DNA of 47,464 nt from a virus (Duplodnaviria; Caudoviricetes), in the IMG/VR virus record IMGVR_UViG_3300044538_000006, positions 1 through 47,464 of that record; one strand, 5' to 3'. The translations under genes were made by a program, and so were the position numbers. Positions 45,557-47,464 of the stretch are shown in pieces; within the stretch, counting starts at the first letter, position 1, and every line of letters starts with the position of its first letter. The notes under the pieces are model-generated. The model had not been told where the DNA came from, did not search any database, and saw only the letters and a list, made by a program, of their open reading frames with translations.

Positions 45557-46767
45557 TAGAACCTCATTCCTGTGAGAGAGTCAATCAACAGCTTGGCTTG
45601 ATCAGCACTTTCTGCGCTGTTGAAGGTTACTACTGTGACCGCCTCTTTGATATTCAACAAAGAGGTTTTTACGAGTCGTGCGATCTTCAATCCCGAGCGG
45701 TGGGAGATATCCACTTCAATTTGGTTCTTCATTGCAGCTTCGCGAAGTTTCTCCAGAACCGTAACGATCGAAGTAGCCACTAATTTGGTCACTCCTACGC
45801 GATCGACAATCAGCTGAACTTCACGATCGAATGAAAGTTTCTGCATCGTGATTGTTGCGTCCATCCGGTTTTTCACTGCCGTATCGAGGAGGAACGTTCC
45901 AACGAAGCCAGCTCCCAAGTTCATCGTGCAGAAGAAGATAACGTTTTCGCCAACGGGAATATCGTTGCCATGGACTTGAGTGTGCCGAGTTTCGTCGAGC
46001 AAAGGCATCAACGAGTTGTGGAGGTAGGGCTCCAAACGATTGATCTCGTCCAACAGAATGACTGCGTTTCCTTCCTTCACTTTTTGAGTGAAGTCAGTTT
46101 CGACAAACACTGTCGATCCCTCTTTAGCTTCTCGATAACCGAACCATTCTTCAGGATCGCGAACTGTCGAGCAGTTGACTTTTGTGAAGCTCATCCCGTA
46201 GGTGTCAGCGAATGCTTTCGCCAGGGATGTTTTTCCGTTTCCAGAAGGACCAACTAAGAGGACGTTTGCAGCTTTCGTTGAGTCCGCTACCGTCTTGATT
46301 GCCTTGAGGGTTCGTACGATAATCTCGGGGATGAAGAGGTCGCCAAATGTGATGAAGCCATCGGAGCTTTCATCTTCAATTTCTTCGGATCCTTCGGAGA
46401 AGCGAGGAAGGGGTGAACGAACTCCCTTTACTAAATATGAAGCGTCTTGCGTTCCATCGAATAATTCGGGAACTGACCATCCACCTTTCGCCTCAGCCTG
46501 AGCTGCCATTTTCATGCGCTCTTCACCAACCTCATCAATGAAGTCCTGGATGGACTTGATCTCTTTGTTGATTGGGTAGCATCCTAAAAGAATGCGCTTG
46601 CTGGAAGGCATTGTCTTCAGAGCAATCTTTACGACTGTTCCAGTTTCTGCCTTGATGACGCTTTTGTTATTCAGGACTAATGAAGTCTTCTGAATAACGG
46701 GGTGAGCATAAAATAACTTTGCCACTCCCTGATTGGTAACAATTGCGAGTACATTATGAATAGCCAT
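45556..46767 (-). CDS. MoxR/CbbQ/CobS-type AAA+ ATPase
   Basis: GPSGNGKT, ILLDEINR, CTMN, LD.AVKNR, ISHR; AAAGGAG RBS at ATG 46767. Confidence 0.9.
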   Translation of the reverse strand: MAIHNVLAIVTNQGVAKLFYAHPVIQKTSLVLNNKSVIKAETGTVVKIALKTMPSSKRILLGCYPINKEIKSIQDFIDEVGEERMKMAAQAEAKGGWSVPELFDGTQDASYLVKGVRSPLPRFSEGSEEIEDESSDGFITFGDLFIPEIIVRTLKAIKTVADSTKAANVLLVGPSGNGKTSLAKAFADTYGMSFTKVNCSTVRDPEEWFGYREAKEGSTVFVETDFTQKVKEGNAVILLDEINRLEPYLHNSLMPLLDETRHTQVHGNDIPVGENVIFFCTMNLGAGFVGTFLLDTAVKNRMDATITMQKLSFDREVQLIVDRVGVTKLVATSIVTVLEKLREAAMKNQIEVDISHRSGLKIARLVKTSLLNIKEAVTVVTFNSAESADQAKLLIDSLTGMRF

Positions 46768-46916
46768 TTTAAAATCTCCTTTTGTTTGAACTGAATGAAT
46801 TGAATTCGATACCAACAAGTAGGTTCGCTGCCTACTTATTAGTAGCGAATGCTCGAGTGGTCATGACCTCGCCAAGTTTACCTGGAACTGAGAGTCGCCC
46901 TCGAGCATTCATCCTG

Positions 46917-47093
46917 CTACTTGATGAAGTCGATATAAAGTTGAACTGCTTCTTCACGGGTATTCGCTGCAATCCCGTCAATCATCCACTGGAGTTTTCC
47001 TTCGATGATTGTCTTCGCAACTTCACCAAGTTCCTGTCCGTTATAAAAGAAGCGGAAGGAAAAGTTTGTCGCTCCTCGTTTGAATGTGATCAT
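46917..47093 (-). CDS. 58-aa hypothetical protein (absent from ORF track)
   Basis: AAAGGAG RBS; MITFKRGATNFSFRFF...; ATGA coupling. Confidence 0.65.
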   Translation of the reverse strand: MITFKRGATNFSFRFFYNGQELGEVAKTIIEGKLQWMIDGIAANTREEAVQLYIDFIK

Positions 47094-47266
47094 TTGTTTT
47101 TCTCCTTTCGTGCTTTTTCAATAAATTCCTTTTTACGATTTTCAAATTGCTTTGAGCCTTTATACTCGCTCTCAATCTTTCTCCCTAAGTAGCGAATTCT
47201 CAAATAATAAAGAATGATCGCCAATGGGATGCCGCATAGAATAGAAACGATAATCAAATATTCCAT
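47090..47266 (-). CDS. 58-aa single-TM protein (absent from ORF track)
   Basis: AAAGGAG RBS; MEYLIIVSILCGIPLAIILYYLR... Confidence 0.65.
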   Translation of the reverse strand: MEYLIIVSILCGIPLAIILYYLRIRYLGRKIESEYKGSKQFENRKKEFIEKARKEKNK

Positions 47267-47283
47267 ATTCTCTCCTTTTGTTG

Positions 47284-47382
47284 ATGATCGTCTTTATTTT
47301 CCTTATCAACTGAATTTTGTACAGCCTCAGTTTATAGTGAGCGTGCTCACTCTCAATTGATAAGGAAAATAAAAACGACCAC
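47284..47382 (-). repeat. 30-bp inverted repeat (long RNA stem)
   Basis: Arms 47284-47313 and 47353-47382; four DNA mismatches, all G-U on the minus strand; nested palindrome AGTGAGC-GT-GCTCACT at 47336-47351. Confidence 0.85.
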
Positions 47383-47464
47383 CTCTTATAAAAAGAAGTG
47401 ATCGTTATAGGTATGTAATGTCAGGAATTCCTACACTAAGTTGTTATCTTTGTGCTAGTTCCTT
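47360..47464. repeat. Terminal direct repeat, copy 2
   Basis: Identical to nt 1-105. Confidence 0.95.

Noticed and set aside
47360-47464. 105-bp repeat as a biological direct terminal repeat
   Set aside because: An exact end overlap is typical of circular assembly, and it cuts through a continuous structured element; it cannot be called a true terminus without reads

Overview
The window is an apparently complete, circularly assembled ~47.36 kb tailed-phage genome with siphovirus-like architecture; nt 1-105 are repeated exactly at 47360-47464. The + strand (~5.7-27.7 kb) holds packaging, head, tail and lysis genes. The - strand holds early genes, a MoxR-AAA/vWA pair, a gp32-like SSB, a six-gene nucleotide/DNA-modification block, a DnaE-type polymerase, a radical SAM enzyme, a DnaB helicase, a primase, a Cas4-like nuclease and an endonuclease VII-like nuclease. 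I see no integrase, CRISPR array or complete tRNA. The strongest candidate for a new system is a T4-like cytosine-replacement pathway (dCTPase-like NTP pyrophosphatase, dCMP-type thymidylate-synthase homolog, dNMP kinase, beta-glucosyltransferase homolog). It also encodes a UDP-galactopyranose-mutase-like flavoenzyme, which predicts furanose-sugar (Galf/Araf) hypermodified cytosine in the DNA. Two long, ORF-free, structured regions are candidate ncRNAs: a boxA-led ~400 nt RNA, and a ~530 nt RNA beginning with a tRNA-like minihelix. All assignments come from motif recognition by eye; no database searches or folding programs were run.
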